Part shown: in pieces, positions 1-11,741 of the stretch
How positions within the stretch are numbered: position 1 is the first letter of the stretch
How the letters are laid out: every line of letters begins with the position of its first letter
NCBI GenBank assembly: GCA_037443035.1
Contig: JBBIPC010000009.1
Location: 12,618 to 76,617, forward strand
Length of the DNA stretch: 64,000 nt
Source of the DNA: Chthonomonadales bacterium
GTDB taxonomy: Bacteria; Armatimonadota; Chthonomonadetes; Chthonomonadales; CAJBBX01
Direction: 5' to 3'
The notes under the pieces: model-generated
Database searches by the model: none
Told to the model about the DNA's origin: nothing
The model's input: the letters and a program-made list of their open reading frames with translations, nothing else
Position numbers and translations under genes: made by a program

Positions 1-1
1 G

Positions 2-130
2 GTGGAGGCAGGGATCCGGTGCTTCGACCCGTGCCTGAGTTGCTCGACTCATGCCATGGGCCAGATGCCCATCTCCCTGGACATCGTCGCGCCTACCGGC
101 GAGGTGGTGCACCATCTGGAGCGGTCCTGA
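2..130 (+). CDS. hoxH: [NiFe]-hydrogenase large subunit, group 3d HoxH-like, C-terminal fragment (5'-truncated by window)
   Basis: Frame +2 reads VEAGIRCFDPCLSCSTHAMGQMPISLDIVAPTGEVVHHLERS*. DPCLSCSTH is the L2 Ni-binding motif, followed by a 25-aa cleavable extension. Not in the ORF track. Confidence 0.88.
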   Translation: MEAGIRCFDPCLSCSTHAMGQMPISLDIVAPTGEVVHHLERS

Positions 131-137
131 ACGCCAT

Positions 138-617
138 ATGGAGCGAGAAAGGCTGCGGCAGTCCCGCAGCCTTCTCGTTCTTGCCTTCGGCAACCCATTG
201 AGGGGCGATGATGGTGCTGCCCACTACGCCGCGCAGTTGCTGGAAGGGAATTCTGCTTTCCCGGGAACCGTCCTCTGCGTTCATCAGCTAACTCCCGACC
301 TTGCAGCGACGTTGAACGCCTACGATCGCGTCATCTTCCTCGATGCCCGCCTACCCGATGTGAACAACGAAGTGAATGTCATGCGGCTCGAGGCGGAGAC
401 GGCCACCCCGCCGGGGCTGGGACATACGCTCTCCCCGGCCCAGCTTCTTGCTATCGCACGCGCCCTGGACGGACAGGTCCCCGAAGCTTGGCTCATAACC
501 ATTCCGGCCGAGGAGTTCGCATTTGGCTTCAGCCTGTCGCCAACAGCCCTTCGCGGAGCACAGGAGGCGGCGCGGGTGGTAACTGCCATGGCTCTCGACC
601 AAGTATCGTCCATCTGA
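138..617 (+). CDS. hoxW: Hydrogenase maturation endopeptidase (HoxW/HycI family)
   Basis: GNPLRGDDG, HQLTPDL, VIFLDA and GHTLSP motifs; directly follows the large subunit; ATG at 138. Confidence 0.85.
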   Translation: MERERLRQSRSLLVLAFGNPLRGDDGAAHYAAQLLEGNSAFPGTVLCVHQLTPDLAATLNAYDRVIFLDARLPDVNNEVNVMRLEAETATPPGLGHTLSPAQLLAIARALDGQVPEAWLITIPAEEFAFGFSLSPTALRGAQEAARVVTAMALDQVSSI

Positions 618-620
618 ATC

Positions 621-962
621 ATGCACGAACTGAGCATCATGGATAGCACGCTGCGCATCGCTATCCAGCACGCAGAAGCGCAACAGGCCACACGCATCCA
701 CCGTATCACCATGCGCATTGGCGAGCTTTCGGGTGTTGCGATGGACGCACTCACCTTCGCGTTCGAGGTCCTGAGCAATGACACGCCGGCCAGCGGGGCG
801 GAGCTGGAGATCGAGAGAGTGCCAGCGCGCTGCCGGTGCACGGGATGTGGTAAGGAGTTCACCCCCGAAGGACCCATCTTCACGTGCCCAGATTGCGGCG
901 AGCTCAGTGCCACGATCGTTCAGGGCCGGGAGATGGAGTTGGTATCCATGGAGGTATCCTGA
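621..962 (+). CDS. hypA: Hydrogenase nickel incorporation protein HypA
   Basis: MHELSI N-terminus, IGELSGV, two CxxC (CTGC, CPDC), GREMEL. Confidence 0.96.
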   Translation: MHELSIMDSTLRIAIQHAEAQQATRIHRITMRIGELSGVAMDALTFAFEVLSNDTPASGAELEIERVPARCRCTGCGKEFTPEGPIFTCPDCGELSATIVQGREMELVSMEVS

Positions 963-967
963 GAACG

Positions 968-1681
968 ATGGCGCCAACCTCCGCACCACGTACGATAGTC
1001 GTCAACGAGACCGTCCTCGAAAAGAACGACACTGTTGCACACAGGAACCGCGCGCTGATCTCGTCTTGGCGGTGCCTCGCCGTCAATATGCTATCGTCGC
1101 CTGGTTCCGGGAAGACGTCGCTCCTGGAACGGACCCTCCGCGACCTATCGCCTACCCTGCCCTTGGCTGTCATCGTCGGGGACCTGGCCACCGACAACGA
1201 TGCGAGGCGGTTGGCGACAGGGAACGCACCTGTCGTGCAGATTAACACGCTGGATATCTGCCATCTGGACGCGGGGATGATCGAAAGAGCCCTTCCGGAG
1301 ATTGCACCAGCCCGTCCTCGCATTCTCTTCATCGAGAATGTCGGCAACATGGTCTGTCCTGCGGCGTTTCAGCTCGGTGAGCATGTCCGTGCAGTGCTCA
1401 TGTCAGTCACTGAAGGTGAGGACAAGCCGCTGAAGTATCCCACCCTGTTCAAGACTGCGGATGTGGTGGTGCTGACCAAGATGGACATTGCCGAGGCCGT
1501 AGGATTCGATCGCCAGACAGCTCTCGCGAATGTTCATGCTATCGCCCCTCAAGCGGATGTCGTCCTGACCTCTGCACGCACGGGTGAGGGACTCGAGCAG
1601 TGGTACGACTGGTTAGGACAGCGTGTGGAAAAGGAGTATGTCAATGGCGACGCTCGACAACGAAGCGCTGGAGTATCATAG
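968..1681 (+). CDS. hypB: Hydrogenase nickel incorporation GTPase HypB
   Basis: SSPGSGKT, CHLDA, ENVGNMVCPA, EGEDKPLKYP, TKMD; start moved to ATG 968. Confidence 0.95.
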   Translation: MAPTSAPRTIVVNETVLEKNDTVAHRNRALISSWRCLAVNMLSSPGSGKTSLLERTLRDLSPTLPLAVIVGDLATDNDARRLATGNAPVVQINTLDICHLDAGMIERALPEIAPARPRILFIENVGNMVCPAAFQLGEHVRAVLMSVTEGEDKPLKYPTLFKTADVVVLTKMDIAEAVGFDRQTALANVHAIAPQADVVLTSARTGEGLEQWYDWLGQRVEKEYVNGDARQRSAGVS

Positions 1682-3926
1682 CCGGCCCCCTGCCGGCAAG
1701 TTGGAGATTGCTCCCACCAAACCGTGCCGGACGCAGCGTGACCTCTCGCTGGCATACACTCCCGGGGTTGCAGCACCGTGCCTGCGCATAGCCGAGGACC
1801 CGGACAGCGCCTACAGGTTCACGAACAAGGCGAACCTGGTGGCCATCATCACCAACGGAACCGCCGTTCTCGGGCTGGGGAACATCGGCGCACTGGCTGC
1901 GAAACCGGTCATGGAAGGCAAGGCCGTGCTCTTCAAGCGCCTGGCCGATGTCAACGCGGTAGATATCGAAGTCGCCACTGAGGACCCGGAGGAATTCATC
2001 CGCACCGTACGCTTGCTCGAGCCGGCGTTCGGCGGTATCAATCTCGAGGACATTCGTGCTCCCGAATGTTTCGAGATCGAACAGCGACTGGAGGCGGAAT
2101 GCAGCATTCCTGTGTTTCACGATGACCAGCACGGCACGGCTATCATCACAGGCGCTGCTCTGCTCAACGCCTTGGAGCTCATCGGTAAGCGCATCGAAGA
2201 TGTTCGCATCGTCTTCCTGGGCGCGGGGGCGGCCGCCATCGCCACTGCGCGGTACTATGTTCTGCTCGGTGCGCGTCGCGAGAACATCGTCCTCTGCGAC
2301 CGTGAGGGCGTGATCTACGAGGGCCGCTCGTCCCACATGAATCCTGTGAAACAAGCCTTCGCAGCGAAAACGGACGCGCGGACGGCCGCTGAGGCCCTCG
2401 TGGATGCTGATGTACTCGTCGGCTTATCCGTGGCCGGCGCTGTGACACAGGAGATGGTCCGGCGCATGGCTGCGCGTCCCATCATCTTCGCTCTGGCCAA
2501 TCCCGACCCCGAGATTACCTTCGACGACGCCCGGGCGGCCAGACCGGATGCCATCGTCGCCACTGGCAGGTCCGATTACCCGAACCAGGTCAACAACGTG
2601 CTGGGCTTTCCCTTCATCTTCCGCGGCGCCCTGGACGTTCGGGCAGCCTACATCAATGATGCTATGAAGGTGGCAGCCTCTCGAGCACTGGCCGCCCTCG
2701 CTCGAGAGGATGTCCCAGATTCGGTGACGGCTGCCTATGGTGTCACGTCGTTGCACTTTGGCCCGGACTACCTGATCCCCAAACCCTTCGATCCGCGTGC
2801 CATGCTCTGGGTCGCCCCAGCGGTTGCGCAGGCAGCCATGGAGACTGGCGTCGCGCGTATCAGCATTGACCTCGACCATTATCGTGACGAGCTCGAGGCC
2901 AGAATGGGCAAGGGCCGTGAGATGATGCGGGTTGTCATGAACAAGGCGCGGCGGTCACCTCGACGTGTCCTTCTTGTGAACGGTGACCACGAGAAGATGA
3001 TACGCGCAGCTCATCAGTTGGCCGAGGAGAAACTGGCCCATCCGATCCTGCTTGCGGATCCGCGAACCATTGCAGCGAAAGCCAGCGAGCTGCAGATCGA
3101 GCTGTCTGGAGTCACCATCGCGGATCCTGCCGATCCGGACCTTCGAAAGCGCTGTGCGGAGCGTCTCTACGATTTGCGATGGCGTAAGGGCGTAACGAGG
3201 ACGGAGGCTGAAGAGCTGGTGCTCCAACCCAACTACCTCGGTGCGCTCATGGTGGATCTCGGCGAGGCGGACACGCTCATCACTGGCCTGCGGTCCAACT
3301 ACGGAGATGCTCTGCGCCCCTTGCTGCAGGTCATCAAGACACTGCCGGATTGTCGAATCGCCGCTGGCGTCTACCTCATCGCCACCCGCTATGACGTGCT
3401 CTTCTTCGCGGACGCCGCTGTGAACATTGACCCCGACGCAGACAGCCTTGCCAACGTCGCCCTTCGCACCGCCAAGCTCGCCCGCGACTTCGACGTCGAA
3501 CCGCGGATCGCTATGATCAGTTTCTCCGACTTCGGCAGCGTCCGCCACCCACGGTCAGAGAAGGTTCGTCAGGCGGTGGAGATCATACGTCTTCGCCAGC
3601 CGGACCTTGTCGTGGACGGCGAGGTGTCCGTGGAAGTTGCGCTGTCGGCTGCTACCCTGCTGGCTACATACCCACGTAGTCGGCTGGACGACCGCGCCAA
3701 CGTTCTCATCTTCCCCAGCCTGGAGGCGGGCACGGCCGCTTGGCAGCTTGTCCATCGTCTCGGGAACGCCGACGTCATCGGCCCCATACTTGTGGGTATG
3801 AGGAAGGCAGTCCACGTCGTCATGCGCACTGCAGAGGTTCAGGACATCGTCAATCTGGCGGCCATCGGCACCGTGCAGGCGCTCCAACGGGAGGCCATGA
3901 CCGAACTTAGCCGGAGCGGAGCGTAA
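1644..3926 (+). CDS. maeB: NADP-dependent malic enzyme with C-terminal phosphotransacetylase-like domain (MaeB)
   Basis: [63 protein letters not shown]-like C-terminal half; SD AAGGAG before ATG 1644. Confidence 0.95.
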   Translation: MATLDNEALEYHSRPPAGKLEIAPTKPCRTQRDLSLAYTPGVAAPCLRIAEDPDSAYRFTNKANLVAIITNGTAVLGLGNIGALAAKPVMEGKAVLFKRLADVNAVDIEVATEDPEEFIRTVRLLEPAFGGINLEDIRAPECFEIEQRLEAECSIPVFHDDQHGTAIITGAALLNALELIGKRIEDVRIVFLGAGAAAIATARYYVLLGARRENIVLCDREGVIYEGRSSHMNPVKQAFAAKTDARTAAEALVDADVLVGLSVAGAVTQEMVRRMAARPIIFALANPDPEITFDDARAARPDAIVATGRSDYPNQVNNVLGFPFIFRGALDVRAAYINDAMKVAASRALAALAREDVPDSVTAAYGVTSLHFGPDYLIPKPFDPRAMLWVAPAVAQAAMETGVARISIDLDHYRDELEARMGKGREMMRVVMNKARRSPRRVLLVNGDHEKMIRAAHQLAEEKLAHPILLADPRTIAAKASELQIELSGVTIADPADPDLRKRCAERLYDLRWRKGVTRTEAEELVLQPNYLGALMVDLGEADTLITGLRSNYGDALRPLLQVIKTLPDCRIAAGVYLIATRYDVLFFADAAVNIDPDADSLANVALRTAKLARDFDVEPRIAMISFSDFGSVRHPRSEKVRQAVEIIRLRQPDLVVDGEVSVEVALSAATLLATYPRSRLDDRANVLIFPSLEAGTAAWQLVHRLGNADVIGPILVGMRKAVHVVMRTAEVQDIVNLAAIGTVQALQREAMTELSRSGA

Positions 3927-3937
3927 TCCCACCGGCC

Positions 3938-6274
3938 ATGTCAACCGAGCAGATGAGCACGCGCCTCCGTGCCGTCTACCGAGGCGCGGTCCAAGGCGTC
4001 GGGTTTCGACCGTTCCTGTATCGGCTTGCCACCGAGCTGAAACTCCGTGGTTGGGTCGCCAACACGCCAGACGGCGCCATTGTAGAGGTCGAGGGACCTG
4101 CCCCGATCGCAGAGGAGTTCCTCATCCGCTCCCAGCGCGAGCATCCCCCACACGCCTCCATTCAGAGCTTGGAGGCCACGCACTTGGACCCAGTAGGATA
4201 CGAGCGCTTCGAGATTCGCCATAGCGTCCAGGAGGGCGCTCGCCGCGCCTTCATTCTGCCGGACATCGCGACGTGCGAGGACTGCCTGCGCGAGCTGCGA
4301 GATACGTCCGATCGGCGATACGGCTACCCCTTCATCAACTGTACCAACTGCGGACCGCGCTACAGCATCATCCTTCGGCTTCCTTACGACCGGCCCCACA
4401 CGACGATGGAACGGTTCCGGATGTGTCCGGATTGTCAGGCGGAGTACGAGGACCCCCTCGATCGCCGCTTCCATGCCCAGCCCAACGCATGTCCGGTATG
4501 CGGCCCGCATCTGGAGCTATGGGATAGTGAAGGCGTCATAGTAGCGGGTAGCGCGGACGCCATTACCACGGCGGCCGAAGCGATTCTGGCTGGTAGCATC
4601 GTCGCCGTCAAGGGGCTAGGCGGCTTCCACCTCGTCGTGGACGCTACGAATCCAGAGGCGGTGGCCCGACTACGTATGCGAAAGCGCCGAGAGGAGAAAC
4701 CACTGGCGCTCATGTGTCCGGAGCTCGCGTATGTGCGCCAGGTGTGCAACGTCTCGCCTCTCGAGGAGCGCCTTCTCACCGGCCCCGAACGCCCGATCGT
4801 TCTCCTGCGGAAAACGGAGGAAGCTGAGGATCGGCTCGCCGCGAATGTCGCGCCAGGAAATCCCCAACTAGGCATCATGCTCCCGTACACACCCCTCCAT
4901 CACCTACTCATGGACCGAGTGGCGCGGCCCATCGTCGCGACAAGCGGTAACATCTCGGATGAACCCATCTGTACCGATGAACACGAGGCACTGCACCGCC
5001 TCAGGGGCGTTGCTGACCTGTTCTTGGTGCATAACCGTCCCATAGCTCGGCATGTGGACGACTCCATCGTGCGGGTCATTCTCGGCCGAGAGCAGGTGTT
5101 GCGCAGGGCGAGGGGCTATGCGCCTCTTCCGGTGACGTTGCCCGCAGTATGTCCCGTAACGGCCGCCGTTGGGCCGCATCTGAAGGCAAGCGTTGCACTC
5201 GCTGTGGGCACGTCCGTCTACATCAGTCAGCATATCGGCGACCTCGATACGACGCCGGCTCGCCGGGCGCATGCGAGAGTGATCAGAGACCTCTGCAGCC
5301 TCTACGAACAGCCGCCGGCGGTGATTGCAGCCGATCTCCATCCGGACTATGCCTCGACCACCGAGGCATATCGCCTGGCCGACGAGATCGGGGCTGTCCA
5401 TCCGCGCCCATCTGTTGAACCTGTTCAGCACCACTACGCTCACGTGCTCTCGTGCATGGCGGATAACGGTCTCGACGGCGCGCCACTCGGCGTCTCCTGG
5501 GACGGTACGGGTCTCGGTGCCGATGGCACGATCTGGGGTGGCGAGTTCCTGATGCCGACTGCCGATGGGTTCAGACGTGTCGGGCACCTGCGGCCGTTCC
5601 GTCTCCCCGGAGGCGATGTGGCTGCTAGAGAGCCTCGCCGAGCGGCAGCCGGGGTGCTCTACGCCATCCTCGGCAACGAAGCACCTCGGATAGCCCTGAA
5701 CCTTTTCGCCGGCGAACACGCTGCCTGGCTGCGCATGATGGAAGCAGGTGTGAACTCGCCATGGACTACCAGCGCAGGCCGTCTTTTCGACGCAATCGCG
5801 GCCATCACCAACGTTCGCACGATCAGCCGATTCGAGGGCCAGGCTGCTATGGAACTCGAGTGGTGTATTCGAAGCAATGTGGCGCCGGCGTCGTACTCGC
5901 TAGAAATAGCCGCGACGGACGCAGAGATTGTGCTCGACTGGGAAGGCATGGTCCGCGACGTTCTGGAGGACGTCCGTAGCGGAGTATCCGTGGCGGCCAT
6001 TGCGCGAGGCTTTCATGAGGCGCTGGTTGCAGGTATCCTGAACGTGGCACGCTCCGTAGGGGAACCGAATGTGGTCTTGTCTGGCGGTTGCTTCCAAAAC
6101 CGCTACCTTACGGAACGTACCGTCGAATCCCTGCAGCAGGCCGGATTTCGTGTCTACTGGCACCAGCGCGTTCCTCCCAACGATGGTGGTATCGCACTGG
6201 GACAAGCGTATGCTGTTGCACGTCGCATCAGAAAGGAAGATCACGGATGTGTCTCGCCATACCCGGGCGGGTGA
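3938..6274 (+). CDS. hypF: Carbamoyltransferase HypF
   Basis: Acylphosphatase domain VQGVGFRPF, zinc-finger CxxC repeats, KGLGGFH, QHHYAH, PPNDGGIALGQ. Confidence 0.97.
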   Translation: MSTEQMSTRLRAVYRGAVQGVGFRPFLYRLATELKLRGWVANTPDGAIVEVEGPAPIAEEFLIRSQREHPPHASIQSLEATHLDPVGYERFEIRHSVQEGARRAFILPDIATCEDCLRELRDTSDRRYGYPFINCTNCGPRYSIILRLPYDRPHTTMERFRMCPDCQAEYEDPLDRRFHAQPNACPVCGPHLELWDSEGVIVAGSADAITTAAEAILAGSIVAVKGLGGFHLVVDATNPEAVARLRMRKRREEKPLALMCPELAYVRQVCNVSPLEERLLTGPERPIVLLRKTEEAEDRLAANVAPGNPQLGIMLPYTPLHHLLMDRVARPIVATSGNISDEPICTDEHEALHRLRGVADLFLVHNRPIARHVDDSIVRVILGREQVLRRARGYAPLPVTLPAVCPVTAAVGPHLKASVALAVGTSVYISQHIGDLDTTPARRAHARVIRDLCSLYEQPPAVIAADLHPDYASTTEAYRLADEIGAVHPRPSVEPVQHHYAHVLSCMADNGLDGAPLGVSWDGTGLGADGTIWGGEFLMPTADGFRRVGHLRPFRLPGGDVAAREPRRAAAGVLYAILGNEAPRIALNLFAGEHAAWLRMMEAGVNSPWTTSAGRLFDAIAAITNVRTISRFEGQAAMELEWCIRSNVAPASYSLEIAATDAEIVLDWEGMVRDVLEDVRSGVSVAAIARGFHEALVAGILNVARSVGEPNVVLSGGCFQNRYLTERTVESLQQAGFRVYWHQRVPPNDGGIALGQAYAVARRIRKEDHGCVSPYPGG

Positions 6275-6513
6275 TGAGCATAAGGGAACCGGAGCACGGG
6301 CAATCGGAGCTCGAACGGACGGGCGTCGCCGATTTCGGCGGTGTCCAGAAAGAAGTGAACCTATCGCTGGTGCCGGAAGCCGGTGTCGGCGACTATGTCA
6401 TCGTCCATGTTGGCTTCGCTATTAGCCGATTGGATGAGGAGGAAGCCCGCCAGACCCTCCAGTACCTGCGCGAGATGGAGGAAGCCTCGGAAGGTCTTGT
6501 CGCAGCCGAATGA
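6247..6513 (+). CDS. hypC: Hydrogenase assembly chaperone HypC
   Basis: MCLAIPG start at 6247; [12 protein letters not shown]. Confidence 0.96.
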   Translation: MCLAIPGRVMSIREPEHGQSELERTGVADFGGVQKEVNLSLVPEAGVGDYVIVHVGFAISRLDEEEARQTLQYLREMEEASEGLVAAE

Positions 6514-7616
6514 AGTACGTCGAAGAGTACCGGCGTCCTGAAGATGTCCGACGCGTTGCCGAGCGTCTCGCCTCTATCACGACGCGCTCGTGGAAGATCA
6601 TGGAAGTCTGCGGTGGTCAGACGCATGCCATCATTCGCTTCGGACTGGACCAGATGCTGCCACCCTCCGTAAGCTTGATTCACGGCCCGGGCTGCCCTGT
6701 CTGCGTTACGCCGGTTGAGCTCGTGGATCGCGCCATCGCCATTGCGGCCAGGCCAGAGGTCATCTTCTGTTCTTTCGGTGACATGCTCCGAGTGCCTGGA
6801 TCTGGCCGCGACCTCATGTCGGCACGCGCGGCCGGCGCCGATGTCCGGGTGGTCTTCTCGCCGGCCGATGCAGTGGACATTGCACGTCGCAACCCTGACC
6901 GCGAAGTCGTCTTCTTCGCCGTTGGGTTCGAGACCACGGCGCCGGCCAACGCCGCAGCGGTCGAACTGGCTCGAGCCGCCGGCTTGACAAACTTCAGCAT
7001 TCTCGTCTCCCATGTGCTCGTGCCACCGGCCCTTCGGGCCATCATGAGTTCACCCGACTCAGCCGTTCACGGTTTCCTAGCAGCGGGTCACGTTTGCACC
7101 GTGACGGGCTACACCGAGTACGAGAACATCGCAGCGGAGTATGGTGTCCCCATTGTTGTCACGGGCTTCGAGCCGCTGGACATCCTGCAGGGTGTGTACA
7201 TGTGCGTGAAGCAACTCGAGGCGGGTACCTGCAACGTGCTCAACGAGTACGCGCGTTCCGTCAAGCGAGAAGGCAACCGTGCGGCCATGGCCCTCGTTGA
7301 CCGCGTGTTCGAGGTAGTGGACCGCAAGTGGCGTGGCATTGGGCTCATACCCGCGAGTGGTCTGGGCCTGCGGCCGGAGTACTCGTCTTTCGATGCGCAA
7401 CTGCGTTTCGACGTTGGAGACATCCACGTGGCGGAATCCTCGATCTGTATTAGCGGCCTCGTTCTTCAGGGAGTGAAACGACCGACGGAATGCCCTGCGT
7501 TCGGAACGGAGTGCACGCCTGAGCATCCCTTGGGAGCTACCATGGTCTCGTCAGAGGGGGCATGTGCCGCCTACTATCGGTACAGACCCAGGCCATCGAA
7601 CGAGCGCACACTATGA
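6510..7616 (+). CDS. hypD: Hydrogenase formation protein HypD
   Basis: [34 protein letters not shown]. Confidence 0.97.
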   Translation: MKYVEEYRRPEDVRRVAERLASITTRSWKIMEVCGGQTHAIIRFGLDQMLPPSVSLIHGPGCPVCVTPVELVDRAIAIAARPEVIFCSFGDMLRVPGSGRDLMSARAAGADVRVVFSPADAVDIARRNPDREVVFFAVGFETTAPANAAAVELARAAGLTNFSILVSHVLVPPALRAIMSSPDSAVHGFLAAGHVCTVTGYTEYENIAAEYGVPIVVTGFEPLDILQGVYMCVKQLEAGTCNVLNEYARSVKREGNRAAMALVDRVFEVVDRKWRGIGLIPASGLGLRPEYSSFDAQLRFDVGDIHVAESSICISGLVLQGVKRPTECPAFGTECTPEHPLGATMVSSEGACAAYYRYRPRPSNERTL

Positions 7617-8659
7617 GCGATTTCACCTTGACCTGCCCTCTGCCGCTCCAGCGGTACCCCGACGTCGTCATGGCACACGGCGGAGGGGGGCGCCTCATGC
7701 GAGATCTTATCGAAGGCGTGTTCGTACGGGCATTCGGTCCGGGCGAGCACTCCGCTCTCCACGACGCGGCCGAGCTGGCTCGAGGGATTGGGGAGCGACT
7801 CGCCTTCACGACGGATGCTTACGTCGTACGGCCTCTCTTTTTCCCCGGCGGGAGCATCGGCGAGCTCGCCGTCAACGGCACGGTGAACGACCTGGCCATG
7901 GCTGGTGCCGAGCCGCTCTGGCTCAGCGCTGCATTCGTGCTCGAAGAGGGCCTGCCCATGGCGACCCTACTGCGCGTTGTCGAGACCATGCGCGATGCTG
8001 CTCACGCGACCGGCGTACGGATAGTAACCGGCGACACGAAGGTCGTAGAACGCGGTCGCTGCGACGGCATGTACATCACCACCTCGGGCATTGGACGGGT
8101 CGTCTATCCGCACCGTATCGGGCCAGATGCTGTGCGCCCTGGCGACGCCGTGCTGCTCAGCGGCGATCTGGCACGCCACGGTATTGCCGTCATGGCGGCT
8201 CGGGAAGGGTTCGAGTTCAGCGGGCAGATAGAGAGCGACTGCGCACCACTGGCCGAACCTGTCCTCCGCATGGCCGAGGCAGGCGTGGATGTCCGCTGCA
8301 TGCGTGATCTAACCCGCGGGGGATTGGCCAGCGCCCTGGTGGAGATCGCCGAAACGGCGCGCTGCACCATCGCCATAGACGATGAGGCGATTCCTGTGGC
8401 GCCGAACGTGCTGAGTGCCTGCGAGTTGATGGGATTCGACCCATTGCACGTCGCCAACGAGGGACGGTTCGTGGCGTTCGTGCCAGAGGAACAGGCGGAT
8501 GCTGCCCTGGCCATCCTACGTCAGAGCGCAGTCTCGGCGAATGCGGTCCGCATCGGCAGCGTCCGCGAAACAGGTACGGGAGAGGTCATCCTCCGAACTA
8601 TCGGCGGCGAGCGCCCCGTGGACACGCTGAGCGGCGAACTCCTGCCTCGTATTTGCTAG
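7613..8659 (+). CDS. hypE: Carbamoyl dehydratase HypE
   Basis: [30 protein letters not shown]-terminal PRIC; ATGA overlap with hypD. Confidence 0.97.
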   Translation: MSDFTLTCPLPLQRYPDVVMAHGGGGRLMRDLIEGVFVRAFGPGEHSALHDAAELARGIGERLAFTTDAYVVRPLFFPGGSIGELAVNGTVNDLAMAGAEPLWLSAAFVLEEGLPMATLLRVVETMRDAAHATGVRIVTGDTKVVERGRCDGMYITTSGIGRVVYPHRIGPDAVRPGDAVLLSGDLARHGIAVMAAREGFEFSGQIESDCAPLAEPVLRMAEAGVDVRCMRDLTRGGLASALVEIAETARCTIAIDDEAIPVAPNVLSACELMGFDPLHVANEGRFVAFVPEEQADAALAILRQSAVSANAVRIGSVRETGTGEVILRTIGGERPVDTLSGELLPRIC

Positions 8660-8805
8660 ACACCGGCCCGATCTCGATCTTGCTCTCCACGTGGACTGCG
8701 TCGAGACTGCAGGAGGATGCCATGGCGATGGCGAAACGTCTCTTGGCCAGCGCCACTCGCGTCTGGCAGAGTATTCCGTTCTTGCGGGGAGTCAGGGAGG
8801 AAAGT

Positions 8806-10104
8806 ATGAAGTCCGGGTATGCGCGTCTCGTGGTGGTAGCAATCTGGCTAACGGCTGCCGTGGCTCTGCCGGTTCGTGCCGCGGTCGAGCCAGGGTTCGT
8901 ATCGCTCTTCAATGGCCGTGACCTGGATGGGTGGGTCCTAGTCGGTAAGGCTGGTCAGGGCTACATTGTGGAGAACGGGGTCCTCGTGGCACCTGCGGAT
9001 GGCGGCGGCAGCCTTTACACCGAGAAGCAGTACTCCGACTTCATCTTCCGATTCGAGTACCGACTGGACAAAGCCGGCAACAATGGGGTGGGCATCCGCG
9101 CGCCTCTGGGTGGCGATGCGGCCTACGTGGGAATGGAGGTCCAGATTCTCGACGACTACGATCCCATGTACGCGAATCTGCTCCCTGGCCAGTATTGCGG
9201 TTCTATCTACCGCGTGGTTCCTGCCAAGCGGGGCGCTCCCAAGCCTGCCGGGGAATGGAACAAAGAAGAGATAACGGCCATTGGCAGGCACATCACCGTG
9301 AGGATCAACGGCAAGAAGGTGGTGGACGCCGACCTGAACCAGATCACGGACCCCGAGATACTCATGGAACATCCCGGCATGCTCCGAAGTATCGGTCACA
9401 TCGGCTTCCTGGGCCACGGCCCCAGCAAGGTCGAGTTCCGGAACATCCGGATCCGTGACCTCTCCAAGCCCGAGCATGCGAACACACCTCCACCAGGTTT
9501 CAAAGCCTTGTTCAACGGCCGCGATCTCCGTGGCTGGAAGGCCCTTGTGGGCGATCCTGTCAGTCGCGCACGGATGACCGCCGACCAGTTGGCAGAAGCC
9601 CAGCGTGCGGCGGATGTGGAGATGCTGAAGCATTGGAAGGTGCAGGACGGCACCATCGTCTACGACGGTAAGAACAACAGCCTCTGCACTGCCAAGGACT
9701 ACGCCGATTTCGAGCTCCTCGTGGACTGGAAGATCCCGCCTGGCGGCGATAGCGGCATCTATCTGCGCGGTAGTCCGCAGGTTCAGATCTGGGACAATCC
9801 TATCGGCTCCGGCGGGTTGTACAACAATCAGAAGAACCCGAGCCAGCCGCTTGCGAAGGCCGATAACCCTCCAGGCGAGTGGAACCGCTTCCGTATCCTC
9901 ATGGTCGGAGAGAAGGTGCATGTCTTCCTCAACGATGTTCTCGTCGTGCGAGGCGTAACCATGGAGAACTACTGGGAGCGGGACAAGCCAATCTATCCCT
10001 CGGGCCAGATCGAACTCCAGCACCACGGTAGCCAGTTGTTCTTCCGAAACATCTACATCCGCGAGATCCAGCCACAGAAGTCTGTAGAGGGGAAGCAGAA
10101 GTGA
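8806..10104 (+). CDS. Secreted protein with two DUF1080 (3-keto-disaccharide hydrolase family) domains
   Basis: Signal peptide; two repeats of LFNGRDLxGW...[NS]G[VI]...[EQ]VQI...GEWN...G[HQ]I...F[R]NI; SD GGAGG before ATG 8806 (alternative in-frame ATG at 8722). Confidence 0.88.
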   Translation: MKSGYARLVVVAIWLTAAVALPVRAAVEPGFVSLFNGRDLDGWVLVGKAGQGYIVENGVLVAPADGGGSLYTEKQYSDFIFRFEYRLDKAGNNGVGIRAPLGGDAAYVGMEVQILDDYDPMYANLLPGQYCGSIYRVVPAKRGAPKPAGEWNKEEITAIGRHITVRINGKKVVDADLNQITDPEILMEHPGMLRSIGHIGFLGHGPSKVEFRNIRIRDLSKPEHANTPPPGFKALFNGRDLRGWKALVGDPVSRARMTADQLAEAQRAADVEMLKHWKVQDGTIVYDGKNNSLCTAKDYADFELLVDWKIPPGGDSGIYLRGSPQVQIWDNPIGSGGLYNNQKNPSQPLAKADNPPGEWNRFRILMVGEKVHVFLNDVLVVRGVTMENYWERDKPIYPSGQIELQHHGSQLFFRNIYIREIQPQKSVEGKQK

Positions 10105-11384
10105 GCCGCACATCGCGCCGGGAGTTCGTCGGTCAGGCGGCAATAGCTGGAGCCGGGCTGCTCGTGGGCGTCAGCCCAGCGACAGCCCGTACCTACCAGG
10201 CCAACGAGCGCCTATCCATCGGTATTATCGGCGTCGCCAACCGCGGCAGGGCGAACCTGGATGGGGTGGCTAGCGAGCAGATCACATCTATTTGCGATGT
10301 GGATGAATCCTACCTCGACCGCTGTGCCCAGGACTTCCCAGAAGCAGCCAGGTTCACGGATTTCCGGCGCATGATAGACAAGAGCAAGCTCGACGCCGTT
10401 GTGATCAGCACGCCCGATCACACCCATGCACCAGCCGCATCCATGGCTATGCAAGCGGATCTCGACGTCTACTGCGAGAAGCCGTTGGCTCACAACGTCG
10501 TCGAGGTTCGCCGGCTTACCGATCTTGCCCGACGCCGCAAGCGTATCACCCAGATGGGCACGCAGATCCACGCCGAATCGAACTATCGTCGAGTGGTCGA
10601 GGCGATCAGGTCCGGTGCCATCGGAAGCATTCGGGAAGTGCACGTCTGGTGCGGCGGCAGCTACAGCCCAGGCGATCGTCCGACAGATCAGCCCCCGGTA
10701 CCGCCTGGGCTTCACTGGGACCTCTGGCTCGGACCGGCGCCGGAGCGGCCCTATCACCCCGCTTACGCCCCTTTCCAATGGCGCGGCTGGTGGGATTTCG
10801 GCAATGGCCTCCTCGGCGACATGGCATGCCACCACATGGACCTCCCTTTCTGGGCATTGGACCTGCGGGTTCCCGAAACCATCGAGGCCGAGGGACCACC
10901 CGTCCATCCCGAGAGCTGCCCTGCATGGCTCATTGTTCGGTACACGTTTCCAGCGCGAGGCGAGCTTCCTCCGGTCAACCTGACCTGGTACAGCGGGCGT
11001 CGGCCCCATTACTTCGAAGAGGGACTGCTACCCGAGTGGGGAAACGGCACGCTCTTCGTCGGCTCCGACGGTATGCTCCTGGCCGACTATGGGCGGCACG
11101 TGCTGTTGCCCAAAGAAAAGTTCCAAGACTGGGTGCCACCTACCCCTTCCATACCGGACAGCATCGGTCATCATGCCGAGTGGATCGAAGGATGCAAGAC
11201 CCGTACGCCGGCCCTATGCGACTTCTCCTATGCCGGACCGCTAACCGAAGCGGTTCTTCTTGGCAACGTGGCGTACCGCTCCGGCCAGCGGCTCTCCTGG
11301 GACGCCAGACACATGAAGCTGCCAGGAACACCAGAGGCCGAGAAGTATCTCCGCAGGCGGTACCGCAGAGGGTGGCGCCTCTAG
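10101..11384 (+). CDS. Tat-exported Gfo/Idh/MocA oxidoreductase
   Basis: SRREF twin-arginine signal, [35 protein letters not shown] overlap with the DUF1080 gene. Confidence 0.92.
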   Translation: MSRTSRREFVGQAAIAGAGLLVGVSPATARTYQANERLSIGIIGVANRGRANLDGVASEQITSICDVDESYLDRCAQDFPEAARFTDFRRMIDKSKLDAVVISTPDHTHAPAASMAMQADLDVYCEKPLAHNVVEVRRLTDLARRRKRITQMGTQIHAESNYRRVVEAIRSGAIGSIREVHVWCGGSYSPGDRPTDQPPVPPGLHWDLWLGPAPERPYHPAYAPFQWRGWWDFGNGLLGDMACHHMDLPFWALDLRVPETIEAEGPPVHPESCPAWLIVRYTFPARGELPPVNLTWYSGRRPHYFEEGLLPEWGNGTLFVGSDGMLLADYGRHVLLPKEKFQDWVPPTPSIPDSIGHHAEWIEGCKTRTPALCDFSYAGPLTEAVLLGNVAYRSGQRLSWDARHMKLPGTPEAEKYLRRRYRRGWRL

Positions 11385-11432
11385 CTCGGTCACCGCTCGA
11401 GGGTCATCCGACGGGGTTGTACAGGTGTCGTC

Positions 11433-11741
11433 GTGGACCGCCACGTTCTTCCAGAGTCGGTGCTGCTCGCAGCCATAGGTCTCGCGGACCTGCTTGCGAC
11501 AACATACCTGCTTGCGACGGGTAAGGCATGGGAGGGTAATCCGCTCATGGCAGGACTCCTCATGCACGGTTCGGTGCCATTCGTCCTGGTCAAGGTTCTC
11601 TTCATCGCCGGACCGATCACCGTAGCCGAGCTGGCCAGGAAGCGGTTCCCTGTCACGGCGCGATGGACGCTGAGGTTCGCTATCCCTGCCTACCTCGTCC
11701 TGTGGACCTGGGCGACGGCGGTAGCTAACCGCTGGCTGTGA
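11433..11741 (+). CDS. Small membrane protein (DUF5658-like)
   Basis: Three hydrophobic segments; DLLAT...EGNPLM...K pattern. Confidence 0.6.
   Translation: MDRHVLPESVLLAAIGLADLLATTYLLATGKAWEGNPLMAGLLMHGSVPFVLVKVLFIAGPITVAELARKRFPVTARWTLRFAIPAYLVLWTWATAVANRWL

Noticed and set aside
2..130. Selenocysteine-containing [NiFeSe] hydrogenase
   Set aside because: The L2 motif is DPCLSC with ordinary TGC codons and no in-frame TGA.
8711..8808. Second SD plus in-frame ATG (8722) upstream of the DUF1080 gene as a dual-start mechanism
   Set aside because: ATG 8806 has its own SD and directly precedes a normal signal peptide; the upstream site may be chance.
8938..10143. Long antisense ORFs (for example 8938-10143, 25114-26118, 32426-33643, 50818-52074)
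   Set aside because: They lie opposite well-supported genes and have no recognisable motifs, as expected from codon bias in GC-rich DNA.
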